A DNA stretch of 64,000 nucleotides. Source: a virus. Taxonomy: Duplodnaviria; Heunggongvirae; Uroviricota; Caudoviricetes. Each line of letters begins with the position of its first letter. Position 1 is the first letter of the stretch. The translations under genes were made by a program, and so were the position numbers. Positions 45,097 to 51,820 of this stretch are shown here, piece after piece. The notes beneath the pieces are model-generated. The model did no database searches. It was not told the DNA's origin and saw only the letters and a list, made by a program, of their open reading frames with translations. The stretch lies in the IMG/VR virus record IMGVR_UViG_3300020576_002722, positions 1 through 64,000 of that record. One strand, written 5' to 3'.

Positions 45097-45432
45097 TCAG
45101 TCGTTGGGGTGTTTGAACGCGTTAGGGTCCTGTCCGGGACGTGTGATCGTATTGGTGCGCAGCACGAAGGCGTACACCGCACAGCCACCCACCGGAGTAA
45201 TGATGCCGTGCGACGTTATGGTGTACCCGTGGTCGAATGCCCACCGATAGATCACATCCAGTGAGTTCTCGTCCTCCGGGGTGAACGGAACCACCTCGCT
45301 GTACTCGAACCGGGCTACCTTGATGCGGACGCGCATCCCACGGCGTTCGGTCGGCTGCATGTACGTGCCGGTGGCCACCAGTGCGTTATTCTGGTGGTTG
45401 GCCCCTCGTTGTGTCATCCTGTTCTTTCTCAT
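45097..45432 (-). CDS. Hypothetical protein (111 aa from MRKNRMTQ)
   Basis: Start placed 10 nt downstream of the ATGTGA-loop hairpin, as for other genes in this cluster. Confidence 0.45.
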   Translation of the reverse strand: MRKNRMTQRGANHQNNALVATGTYMQPTERRGMRVRIKVARFEYSEVVPFTPEDENSLDVIYRWAFDHGYTITSHGIITPVGGCAVYAFVLRTNTITRPGQDPNAFKHPND

Positions 45433-45442
45433 TGTCGTTGAT

Positions 45443-45456
45443 GGCGATGTGACGCC
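45443..45456 (-). promoter_or_regulatory. Conserved-loop hairpin H1 (GGCG-AUGUGA-CGCC on + strand)
   Basis: 10 nt upstream of the 45432 start. Confidence 0.5.
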
Positions 45457-45459
45457 ATG

Positions 45460-45500
45460 TGCGCGTCCCGGAATCGAACCGGGACGTGAACCGTTCGCGC
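45460..45500 (-). ncRNA. tRNA-like minihelix element TL2
   Basis: GCGCG-AACGGUUCACGU-CCCGG-UUCGAUU-CCGGG-ACGCGC. No D or anticodon arm. Abuts the 45504 stop. Confidence 0.45.
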
Positions 45501-45503
45501 TTA

Positions 45504-45752
45504 CTATTCTTCGCCCTGAGCGATGACAGGGAGTCCGTGGAACGCTATGTCGTTCCGGTATGTTTCGAGCGCCTCTGCTATCGACCTGCATTCAGCGACG
45601 ACCCCCTCGGGGGTGTGCATGATAACGCGTCGGAAGCCCCTGGTGATGGCGATGCCTCGTAGCTGGCAGGCCAGCGACAGGGTGTCCCATTTGGTCCGGC
45701 GCGGGTCCTGCTGGGACTGGTGCCGGGTCATCGAGTGGTGCGCTGTGTACAT
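45504..45752 (-). CDS. Hypothetical protein (82 aa)
   Basis: TGATG coupling to the upstream gene. Stop abuts a tRNA-like element. Confidence 0.35.
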   Translation of the reverse strand: MYTAHHSMTRHQSQQDPRRTKWDTLSLACQLRGIAITRGFRRVIMHTPEGVVAECRSIAEALETYRNDIAFHGLPVIAQGEE

Positions 45753-45961
45753 CACTTTTCCTCGTTGTAGTGTGACTGTGCCCGTCGCAGCGCATCAGCG
45801 AAGTCCGTCTGAGCCTCATTGGTATCGCAGTAGTGCATCAGGTCGGCCAAGATGTCGCAAACCGTGTTGGCGTTGTCGTCGGCACCAAGTTCGGCCACAT
45901 ACGCATCGACCAGCTTGGCACCCATTGCCGCCCGGTCCTTGTTCGTTCTTTCGATGTCCAT
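45752..45961 (-). CDS. Small acidic hypothetical protein (69 aa from MDIERTNKD)
   Basis: Start preceded by the AACCAAUACCCAAAACAAC leader. Confidence 0.4.
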   Translation of the reverse strand: MDIERTNKDRAAMGAKLVDAYVAELGADDNANTVCDILADLMHYCDTNEAQTDFADALRRAQSHYNEEK

Positions 45962-45980
45962 GTTGTTTTGGGTATTGGTT

Positions 45981-46027
45981 TGAGCCTGCGGGCGGAATCG
46001 AACCGCCCTGAGTACTCCATTGCAGGC
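45981..46027 (-). ncRNA. tRNA-like minihelix element TL3
   Basis: GCCUGC-AAUGGAGUACUCA-GGGCGG-UUCGAUU-CCGCCC-GCAGGC-UCA. Confidence 0.45.
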
Positions 46028-46035
46028 TGCCGGGT

Positions 46036-46461
46036 CTACGACCACTCGGTGATCAGCGCCACTTTGTCGGCGTTCAGTCCCCACGTATTCGCCCGGTCGC
46101 GGAGCCTCGACTGGACCCCTTCTACCGTGCGCGACTGTTCGTATTCCTCGCCGGGTCCATCGTGCGCCGTTTGCATGTCCACGAAGAAATTCTGCGGCAA
46201 CACCGGCAGATAGTCCTTCGCAGCTTCATACACATCATCGTTGCGTATGAATGATGTGCCGCCGGAGTTCAACATCGAATCCAGCTTGACGGCCACATTA
46301 TCCGGCAACATGCAGCCGACGGCGCAGCTTGTTCCGCCCGGTCCACGATAGGCGCACCCTGTTGCTGGTGCCATTGCCCGACGCCTCTGCTTGGCCATGT
46401 GTTCGACGATGAAGTCGAACGTTTGCTGCATGTCCATCTTCTTGATATCCTCCGTGTTCAT
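46036..46461 (-). CDS. Hypothetical protein (141 aa)
   Basis: Start 11 nt after the hairpin (GCACAUGAACA-AUG). Confidence 0.5.
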   Translation of the reverse strand: MNTEDIKKMDMQQTFDFIVEHMAKQRRRAMAPATGCAYRGPGGTSCAVGCMLPDNVAVKLDSMLNSGGTSFIRNDDVYEAAKDYLPVLPQNFFVDMQTAHDGPGEEYEQSRTVEGVQSRLRDRANTWGLNADKVALITEWS

Positions 46462-46472
46462 TGTTCATGTGC

Positions 46473-46488
46473 GGGCAATGTGATGCCC
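46473..46488 (-). promoter_or_regulatory. Conserved-loop hairpin H2 (GGGCA-AUGUGA-UGCCC)
   Basis: 11 nt upstream of the 46461 start. Confidence 0.5.
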
Positions 46489-46491
46489 TGT

Positions 46492-46530
46492 GCTGCCCCC
46501 GGAATCGAACCGGGGGAGAACCATTGCAGC
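46492..46530 (-). ncRNA. tRNA-like minihelix element TL4
   Basis: GCUGC-AAUGGUUCU-CCCCCGG-UUCGAUU-CCGGGGG-CAGC. Abuts the 46531 stop with a 0-nt gap. Confidence 0.45.
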
Positions 46531-47022
46531 TTACAGGTCGAGTGCGTCGATGCGCCCCACCATCTTGCGGGCCTTGGCGATGTCGCCCACCGTGGCCGTG
46601 CAGTGTACCAGATGCTCGGTGAGCACCTCGATCATGTCGCGGGCCTCGCGCAGCACACCGGACACCGTCTCGAAGTCCACGGGGACATCTTCGGACTCTT
46701 CCATCCATGCCGTCTCCACATACTGCTGCTGGCCGTACGTGATCACGCCCAAGCTCACCAAGAGCTTCAGCGCGTCGTGGATGTTGTTGAAGCCCCTGAT
46801 GGCCTGCACTCGTCCATCCACGCTGCCGTACACGGTCCAGAACACGCTGTTTGCTGGCGCATCCTCTGGAGGCTCGACGCCGTTGAGCGGTTGCGTATCG
46901 GTGCCGTCATCCATGCACAGGGAAAGCTCGTACGAGTTGAATGTACCGACATTGGAGGTGTCCTTCGTGAACAGCCACCGGTCGGGGCGCTTCTCGTCGT
47001 GCATCCGTTCTACTTTGGTCAT
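46531..47022 (-). CDS. Hypothetical protein (163 aa from MTKVERMHDE)
   Basis: Start refined using the hairpin-spacer rule. Stop directly abuts a tRNA-like element. Confidence 0.5.
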   Translation of the reverse strand: MTKVERMHDEKRPDRWLFTKDTSNVGTFNSYELSLCMDDGTDTQPLNGVEPPEDAPANSVFWTVYGSVDGRVQAIRGFNNIHDALKLLVSLGVITYGQQQYVETAWMEESEDVPVDFETVSGVLREARDMIEVLTEHLVHCTATVGDIAKARKMVGRIDALDL

Positions 47023-47034
47023 TGGTTCATGGTA

Positions 47035-47052
47035 GCGCAATGTGATGCGCTG
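47035..47052 (-). promoter_or_regulatory. Conserved-loop hairpin H3 (AGCGCA-AUGUGA-UGCGCU)
   Basis: 12 nt upstream of the 47022 start. Confidence 0.5.
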
Positions 47053-47121
47053 GTGGAGCCGGGGGAATCGAACCGCCCGCGAATGCGCTCTACTTGCTGC
47101 GCAAGGGTACCATAGCTCCAC
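47053..47121 (-). ncRNA. tRNA-like element TL5 (near full length, non-canonical)
   Basis: Perfect 7-8 bp acceptor GUGGAGC/GCUCCAC, 3' CCAG, T-loop GGUUCGAUUCC. The 35-nt insert does not fold into canonical D and anticodon arms. Confidence 0.4.
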
Positions 47122-47128
47122 GCCTTCT

Positions 47129-47884
47129 TCACGATAGCCTGTTGGCGCTCGATGTTGCACCGGACACCGGCCTATTGAAATTCACATTGTCTCCAGCAGA
47201 ACGACCGGAGTTGTAGGCATCCCTGCTTCCTGCGTGTCTGCGGCTTGTCGTGGTCCGCAGCTTCACCCCAAGGTCGCCCAGATACTTCTTGTACTTCTGG
47301 ACGGTCACATTGCTCTTCACGACCATAATGGCCGTGCATGAGTTGCCCTCTGCCGCCTTTCGCTCTGCCACCATGCGACGTAGTCGTTCGGCGATACGTG
47401 ATCCCATGCCGAGCATGAACGAGGCACGCAGAGTACGACCGTGCATACTGGTACCGCCATCTCGTTTGAGGCGCTTCAATTCAGCCTGCTTCAGCTTCCA
47501 CGCCTGCTCCATAGCTCCCTGTATCATGTCGCACAGGTAGAAGGCCATCTCGGTGTCTTTGGCGGTTCCGAAGTATAGCATTTCGCCGTTGTACCACTTC
47601 GTCACCTTGGTATCGGTGAACTCGGAAATGGCAACGGAGCACGAGTTTACCACCTCAGGCCACCTGTTCATATTCACGCCCGTGGCGTACGGACGCTTTC
47701 GGGCACCGTACTGGTCACCCATGATGGACGCCTCGTCCATAGTGATGTTGTATTCGCGGATAAGGGAGTCCAACTTCTGTGCTGCCGCGATGGCCTCTGC
47801 CTCAGTGCAACCGTTGCTAACGGTACGCGCCTGAAGCTCCCGGATGATGCGGGCTATCCGCTCCCGATTAACGTTCTGTTCCAT
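47129..47884 (-). CDS. DUF2786-like phage protein (251 aa)
   Basis: N-terminal IARIIRELQARTVSNGCTEAEAIAAAQKLDSLIREYNI pattern typical of the DUF2786 family. Inference from memory. Confidence 0.45.
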   Translation of the reverse strand: MEQNVNRERIARIIRELQARTVSNGCTEAEAIAAAQKLDSLIREYNITMDEASIMGDQYGARKRPYATGVNMNRWPEVVNSCSVAISEFTDTKVTKWYNGEMLYFGTAKDTEMAFYLCDMIQGAMEQAWKLKQAELKRLKRDGGTSMHGRTLRASFMLGMGSRIAERLRRMVAERKAAEGNSCTAIMVVKSNVTVQKYKKYLGDLGVKLRTTTSRRHAGSRDAYNSGRSAGDNVNFNRPVSGATSSANRLS

Positions 47885-47895
47885 TGTTCATGTGT

Positions 47896-47913
47896 ATACC
47901 CATGTGAGGGTAT
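47896..47913 (-). promoter_or_regulatory. Conserved-loop hairpin H4 (AUACCC-AUGUGA-GGGUAU)
   Basis: 11 nt upstream of the 47884 start (ACACAUGAACA-AUG). Confidence 0.5.
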
Positions 47914-47916
47914 TGG

Positions 47917-47971
47917 AACGGTGGATGGTGTCGATCCATCAGCACGCGTGCTCACCGGCCGGGGCACCGTT
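47917..47971 (-). ncRNA. tRNA-like element TL6 (variant T-loop AUCGACA)
   Basis: 7-bp acceptor AACGGUG/CACCGUU followed by CCA. T-arm GAUGG-AUCGACA-CCAUC. 23-nt insert with palindromes. Confidence 0.35.
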
Positions 47972-47977
47972 CAGGTA

Positions 47978-48370
47978 TTACATTAGGCCCAGACCACGCA
48001 GGGCGCTCATATCCTTGTCGAAGCTCGCCGGCCACTTCACCGTGGACAGGTCGCGCACGAACGTCGACGCCTCCGCGTCAAGGAACAGGCACCCACCGAT
48101 GGACACCTTGAATGGGTTCGGTTGCAGCCCGTTCCACGCTGCGAACGCCAGAGGGTCACTCATGGCGCTCGGAGCCTTCTTCAGTAGCCGCATGTGCTTC
48201 TGTGGCCCGACCTTGTAGAAGGCCCTCTGGATGGCGTCCAGATGCGTCTGCGGGATGTCGCACCCGTGCTGCGCCTTGTGGATGTCCTTGGCCACGTTCT
48301 GGGCCAGTTGCAGTGCGGTCATACGTTGGACCTTGTCGGCGTGCTCTGCGTACGCCTTCGCTGTGCTCAT
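47978..48370 (-). CDS. Hypothetical protein (130 aa)
   Basis: Start preceded by the ACAAACCAAUACAACCACAGAACA leader. Confidence 0.5.
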   Translation of the reverse strand: MSTAKAYAEHADKVQRMTALQLAQNVAKDIHKAQHGCDIPQTHLDAIQRAFYKVGPQKHMRLLKKAPSAMSDPLAFAAWNGLQPNPFKVSIGGCLFLDAEASTFVRDLSTVKWPASFDKDMSALRGLGLM

Positions 48371-48394
48371 TGTTCTGTGGTTGTATTGGTTTGT

Positions 48395-48434
48395 GCCCGC
48401 CGTGGAATCGAACCACGGCGTGAACCGTTCGGGC
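48395..48434 (-). ncRNA. tRNA-like minihelix element TL7
   Basis: GCCCG-AACGGUUCAC-GCCGUGG-UUCGAUU-CCACGGC-GGGC. Overlaps the 48434 stop by 1 nt. Confidence 0.45.
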
Positions 48435-48538
48435 TACTGGTCGGCCAGTGTCTGGTCGTCGGGCCGCTGTTGCGACCGCTTCTGTTCAGCCTTGCGGCGT
48501 TCGTGCTCTTCGCGGAGCACCTGTGTGTAGTGCGTCAT
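48434..48538 (-). CDS. Possible micro-ORF (34 aa, MTHYTQVLREEHERRKAEQKRSQQRPDDQTLADQ)
   Basis: ATG 2 nt after the upstream stop. The longer ORF-track frame is GC junk. Weak. Confidence 0.2.
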   Translation of the reverse strand: MTHYTQVLREEHERRKAEQKRSQQRPDDQTLADQ

Positions 48539-48540
48539 AG

Positions 48541-48765
48541 TCAGTTCAGGGTGAGTCGTGGTACTACAACGAAGGCCCCCAGTTCCCGGTGGAACACGTA
48601 GCGTGCCCCGATAGTGGAGCACAGGCATACACGGCCCTCGGCCATCAGTACCCGTGCATAGGTGGGCACCTTGTCGATGGGGTCGAGTCGTAGGCACCCG
48701 TCTATCAGGTGCCCGTCAAGGTCGTGGGCCAGCGCTGCGGCCCGCTCTTGGTCCTTGGTATTCAT
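48541..48765 (-). CDS. Small hypothetical protein (74 aa)
   Basis: Start 10 nt after hairpin H5. Confidence 0.4.
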   Translation of the reverse strand: MNTKDQERAAALAHDLDGHLIDGCLRLDPIDKVPTYARVLMAEGRVCLCSTIGARYVFHRELGAFVVVPRLTLN

Positions 48766-48775
48766 TCGTCAGTGG

Positions 48776-48793
48776 ACGGCAATGTGATGCCGT
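48776..48793 (-). promoter_or_regulatory. Conserved-loop hairpin H5 (ACGGCA-AUGUGA-UGCCGU)
   Basis: 10 nt upstream of the 48765 start. Confidence 0.5.
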
Positions 48794-48796
48794 TGT

Positions 48797-48838
48797 GCGC
48801 GGGCAGGGAGTCGAACCCCGCCCTCGGACCATCCGCGC
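48797..48838 (-). ncRNA. tRNA-like minihelix element TL8
   Basis: GCGCGG-AUGGUCCGA-GGGCGGGG-UUCGACU-CCCUGCCC-GCGCA. Confidence 0.4.
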
Positions 48839-48840
48839 TG

Positions 48841-49122
48841 TTACTTCCACACTTCCGCCACCACCTCAGGTGGCGCATCCTCGGTCGCCCTGCACATTTC
48901 CCAACCAGTGGTGCTCAGGATGGCTTGGCCGTACTTCTCGTCGCACTTGACACTGACCACTTGCCCTTGGTGTACCGGGTTGGACCCATAGGCCGACGGA
49001 TACGCCTCAAAAGCCTCGCCATCGCGAGCTATCAGGATGGCGTGCCTCAGGCCGAACGAATTGGTGTTGGTGGACAAGATGGCCACCTTGAACTCCTTAC
49101 GGAGCATGGATGTCTGGTTCAT
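48841..49122 (-). CDS. Hypothetical protein (93 aa from MNQTSMLRKE)
   Basis: ATGA overlap with the upstream zinc-ribbon gene. The N-terminal part of the ORF-track entry is out-of-frame junk. Confidence 0.45.
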   Translation of the reverse strand: MNQTSMLRKEFKVAILSTNTNSFGLRHAILIARDGEAFEAYPSAYGSNPVHQGQVVSVKCDEKYGQAILSTTGWEMCRATEDAPPEVVAEVWK

Positions 49123-49268
49123 CGCTTTGCTGGTGTTGGTTTCTTCTCGGTGTAGAACATCATCCCGCACTGGTAGCAGCGGAAATGGATGATGGTGCCC
49201 ATGAGTCCCATAGGCGCGTTGGTCGTGCTGCACATGGGGCAGCTACGGCGTACTCGTTGCCATGCCAT
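49119..49268 (-). CDS. Zinc-ribbon micro-protein (49 aa, MAWQRVRRSCPMCSTTNAPMGLMGTIIHFRCYQCGMMFYTEKKPTPAKR), not in the ORF track
   Basis: CPMC...CYQC. Start exactly 10 nt after hairpin H6. ATGA overlap with the next gene. Confidence 0.4.
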   Translation of the reverse strand: MAWQRVRRSCPMCSTTNAPMGLMGTIIHFRCYQCGMMFYTEKKPTPAKR

Positions 49269-49278
49269 TGTCTGTTGG

Positions 49279-49294
49279 TCGCAATGTGATGCGA
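49279..49294 (-). promoter_or_regulatory. Conserved-loop hairpin H6 (UCGCA-AUGUGA-UGCGA)
   Basis: 10 nt upstream of the 49268 micro-ORF start. Confidence 0.5.
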
Positions 49295-49296
49295 TG

Positions 49297-49342
49297 ATCG
49301 CTGTCTGGACTCGAACCAGATGTCCCGCCTATCGGGCAGCGA
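49297..49342 (-). ncRNA. tRNA-like element TL9 (acceptor + mini-hairpin + T-arm)
   Basis: UCGCUG-CCCG-AUAGG-CGGG-ACA-UCUGG-UUCGAGU-CCAGA-CAGCGA. Confidence 0.4.
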
Positions 49343-49376
49343 AGGGTGCGCTACGTCCTTGGTGGCGCGGTATTGG

Positions 49377-49763
49377 TCAGCCTTGGTTCACCGGCTGAAG
49401 GTGTGCGTTCAGTGTGCGGCCATCGGGCATCAGGAAGAATTGCGGGTTGAACTCGCCCCACTTCTCAGCTTGCGGGCCAACGAGGTAGCCCTTGCCGCCC
49501 CGGTTCCAGTACACGGCGATGGCCTCTTGTCCGAGGGTTTCAGACAACCGGTGGACAAGTGTCTCTTCAACGGCATTCCACCCGGCAGCGCCAACCTCCA
49601 CTACCATCGTCGGTTCGGTGTTGCTGTTTATCGGGCCGTGAAAGGTGAGCGGAGCGTGGATGCCTGTGTCGGTCGGATACGTCCTTCGCACCGCATCCAT
49701 TACCTGTTCTACGGTATTGGTTCCGCCGTCCGGCCTGTTGAGGCCGATGTTGAGTGTGAACAT
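49377..49763 (-). CDS. Hypothetical protein (128 aa from MFTLNIGLNR)
   Basis: Start set by the hairpin H7 + 11-nt spacer rule. The longer frame would run through the hairpin and tRNA-like element. Confidence 0.45.
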   Translation of the reverse strand: MFTLNIGLNRPDGGTNTVEQVMDAVRRTYPTDTGIHAPLTFHGPINSNTEPTMVVEVGAAGWNAVEETLVHRLSETLGQEAIAVYWNRGGKGYLVGPQAEKWGEFNPQFFLMPDGRTLNAHLQPVNQG

Positions 49764-49774
49764 TGCTTGGGGAT

Positions 49775-49788
49775 GTCCATGTGAGGAC
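49775..49788 (-). promoter_or_regulatory. Conserved-loop hairpin H7 (GUCC-AUGUGA-GGAC)
   Basis: 11 nt upstream of the 49763 start. Confidence 0.5.
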
Positions 49789-49794
49789 ATTGTG

Positions 49795-49868
49795 GACCGT
49801 ACGGGAGTCGAACCCGCCGTCAAACCCCACCCGGGGCGGCCCTGTATTGCTCCACGGCTCAGTACGTC
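49795..49868 (-). ncRNA. tRNA-like element TL10 (near full length, non-canonical)
   Basis: Acceptor GACGUAC/GUACgGUC, T-arm GCGGG-UUCGACU-CCCGU. The 42-nt insert has irregular arms. Confidence 0.35.
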
Positions 49869-49877
49869 TTTTGAGGG

Positions 49878-50114
49878 TCAAGCTGCGTCGGGCCCTGAAG
49901 GCATTTCTACCACTTCCTCGTCCCATGTTTCTACCTCGGCCTCGGTGTCTTGGGTGAACTTACCCACGTCTGCAAGGTATTCCGCGCCTGCGGCAAGATT
50001 CTCCTTCAGTTCTTGGATGGATGCCCCGTTCATGGTGTATTCCACCTCGATAGTCAGTCTCAGTTTAGCGGTCTTCATGTTCGTGCTATGCTTAGCGCTT
50101 GTCTTGATATCCAT
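49878..50114 (-). CDS. Acidic hypothetical protein (78 aa)
   Basis: Start 9-10 nt after hairpin H8. Confidence 0.45.
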   Translation of the reverse strand: MDIKTSAKHSTNMKTAKLRLTIEVEYTMNGASIQELKENLAAGAEYLADVGKFTQDTEAEVETWDEEVVEMPSGPDAA

Positions 50115-50123
50115 GGCCTTGAT

Positions 50124-50141
50124 AGCGCAATGTGATGCGCT
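50124..50141 (-). promoter_or_regulatory. Conserved-loop hairpin H8 (AGCGCA-AUGUGA-UGCGCU)
   Basis: 9-10 nt upstream of the 50114 start. Same stem sequence as H3. Confidence 0.5.
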
Positions 50142-50659
50142 GCCTGTCCACCGGGCATCGCTCCCGGACCTCGTTGGCGGTTAATTACTCCGCCACGTTG
50201 CGCTTCATTAGCTGAACAGGTTGTGCGATGTTTCCGTTATCGTGCATCGCCTCACTGGCCCTTTCATGAGGTGGAGCCATACCCGGTGGCGCATTACGGT
50301 GCGCTCTACCTGCGCCCCCTATCCCGCATCGAAGCGGGTGGCCACGTAGTGACGGTGGTCGCGTCCTGCTAGGGGGTATAGTTCCAAGATGTCAAAGAAC
50401 GCGCTCTAGGTCACACCGCACCGTGTTTCTCGGTACAGTCCCGTTCCCAGCGGCCTTCCTACGGGCCATCGCGGCTAGTAGTTTCGGCACCACATCATGT
50501 GGCTGCTGGTCAGTGCGTTACGTGTGAAAGAACGACGCCTAGCTTGGTGGCCCTCACGGGTGACTGTTGCCGAACGCGATGCAAGTGTAGGCTGCCGCAT
50601 GGCCACCGACCTAATTTCCAGTGACGAACGGTTGGGAACGGGACGAACGGTTGGCCAGA

Positions 50660-50890
50660 CTAGGTGGCTTGATCGCCTGGAGGCCGCGATACTGTAGGCC
50701 AGAACGACATCTTGTAGCCAAGTAGCTGCAAATAGGCTTGGAGCGTAGACATGGACGTGGTAAGCACGTTGGCTTCGAGCCTGGCCACGGTCACTGGCTT
50801 CACCCCGATGCGTTCGGCCACGTCCGCTTGTGACCACCCGAGCCGCCTGCGTTTGGCGATCACAAAGTTGTCCATCTTGCGCCTGGCCAT
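50660..50890 (-). CDS. XRE/Cro-CI-family helix-turn-helix transcriptional regulator (76 aa from MARRKMDNF)
   Basis: LGWSQADVAERIGVKPVTVARLEANV is a classic HTH_3 motif. The upstream part of the ORF-track entry is junk. Confidence 0.6.
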   Translation of the reverse strand: MARRKMDNFVIAKRRRLGWSQADVAERIGVKPVTVARLEANVLTTSMSTLQAYLQLLGYKMSFWPTVSRPPGDQAT

Positions 50891-51159
50891 GCCCCAAAGG
50901 TAAGCGGCCACGCGGATACGGTGATCACGCTGCCCATGCGATAGCGATAGGAGCGGATAGCCCGCAGCCCGAAGGGCGAGGACTATGAGCGGATAGCGCG
51001 GGCCGAAGGCATCGCCCAAAGGATGGAAGCACTCTACTACAAGAGAGAGAACATGCTGGTGATCAGGCTGTTGGACCGGTAACACGTAGACACATAGCCA
51101 TATCACTATGTGTAAGCCCTTTCTCGGGGACAATAGGTGAACGCGTGCGCGTGGTGATC

Positions 51160-51390
51160 TGGTGGCTGATCTTGGGTAGTGGTGGCCATGTTGGGGACTA
51201 TCCCCACGCCCACGACATTAAAAGGCCCACCAGTCAAGGCTTTCCACTCAAACGCGTGCCCATACACGTACACCCCTCAAAGGGCTCACCCCTCACACAC
51301 TGGTGGCCAGAGACAAGGTGGCCAGTGATCAGGTTTGACCTGTTATTGGTGGCCCAGACTAGGATCCCTTTTCACTTTGTGGCCCCGATC
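51160..51390. repeat. Cluster of (T)GGTGGCC(A) direct repeats plus CACCCCTCA x2 in the large intergenic control region
   Basis: GGTGGC at 51161, 51181, 51302, 51317 and 51349, and GTGGCC at 51379. CACCCCTCA at 51271 and 51288. G8 tract near 51411-51443. Confidence 0.5.
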
Positions 51391-51592
51391 GAGGCGACCC
51401 GTTTCCCTTTTTGGGAGGCCAGGGGGGAGGGCAAGGGGGGGGAGTCCCCCAAATTCAGATATACCGGGCACCCCTTTTCAGGCAAGCCAGGGGGTATCCG
51501 CCCCATACCGGTACCTGCTTGTATCGAATTTCATGATCAAAGCGAAACACATCCCAGGAGTTGTATTACATTTGCGGGCATAAACGATACAC

Positions 51593-51820
51593 ATGACTAT
51601 AGACACACTGATCATCGCAGCCTGGGCCACCGCCTCCCTTGGTGTGTTCGCCTATGGCGTGCAGGAGATCCTCTTGGATGGGGGCGAGGATGACTTCGGG
51701 AACAAGATGAGGCACCGGATCGACATCCCTCTGCTCATGGCTACCACCTGGCCACTATGGTGCCTTGTCGTGTGGCCGGCTGAGGCTATCACATGGATCT
51801 GGAAAAAGCTGGTACGATGA
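51593..51820 (+). CDS. Small membrane protein (75 aa)
   Basis: Two hydrophobic helices. First plus-strand gene after the control region. Confidence 0.4.
   Translation: MTIDTLIIAAWATASLGVFAYGVQEILLDGGEDDFGNKMRHRIDIPLLMATTWPLWCLVVWPAEAITWIWKKLVR

Noticed and set aside
44853-45116. 87-aa plus-strand ORF in the 44772-45097 gap
   Set aside because: It has Arg/Cys/Pro-rich junk composition, is not coupled to its neighbours and overlaps regulatory repeats. The gap is better read as non-coding.
43971-49868. Calling TL1-TL10 ordinary tRNA genes
   Set aside because: By manual folding, eight of ten have only 9-13 nt where about 35 nt of D and anticodon arms are required. The two longer ones do not give 7-nt anticodon loops. 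I report them as tRNA-like ncRNA elements pending tRNAscan or Infernal.
50142-50660. RNase P RNA or tmRNA in the ORF-free 500-nt region
   Set aside because: Only short chance-level similarities to RNase P RNA motifs (AGAGCGCACC, CCAGUGAG). No P4 helix consensus or tmRNA tag-reading-frame features were found. It is kept only as an unspecified candidate ncRNA or operator region.
51145-51693. 182-aa plus-strand ORF in the large intergenic region
   Set aside because: Its translation is junk-like (W/H/P/R-rich). It spans repeat arrays and a G8 tract and is not coupled to its neighbours. I treat it as non-coding control region.
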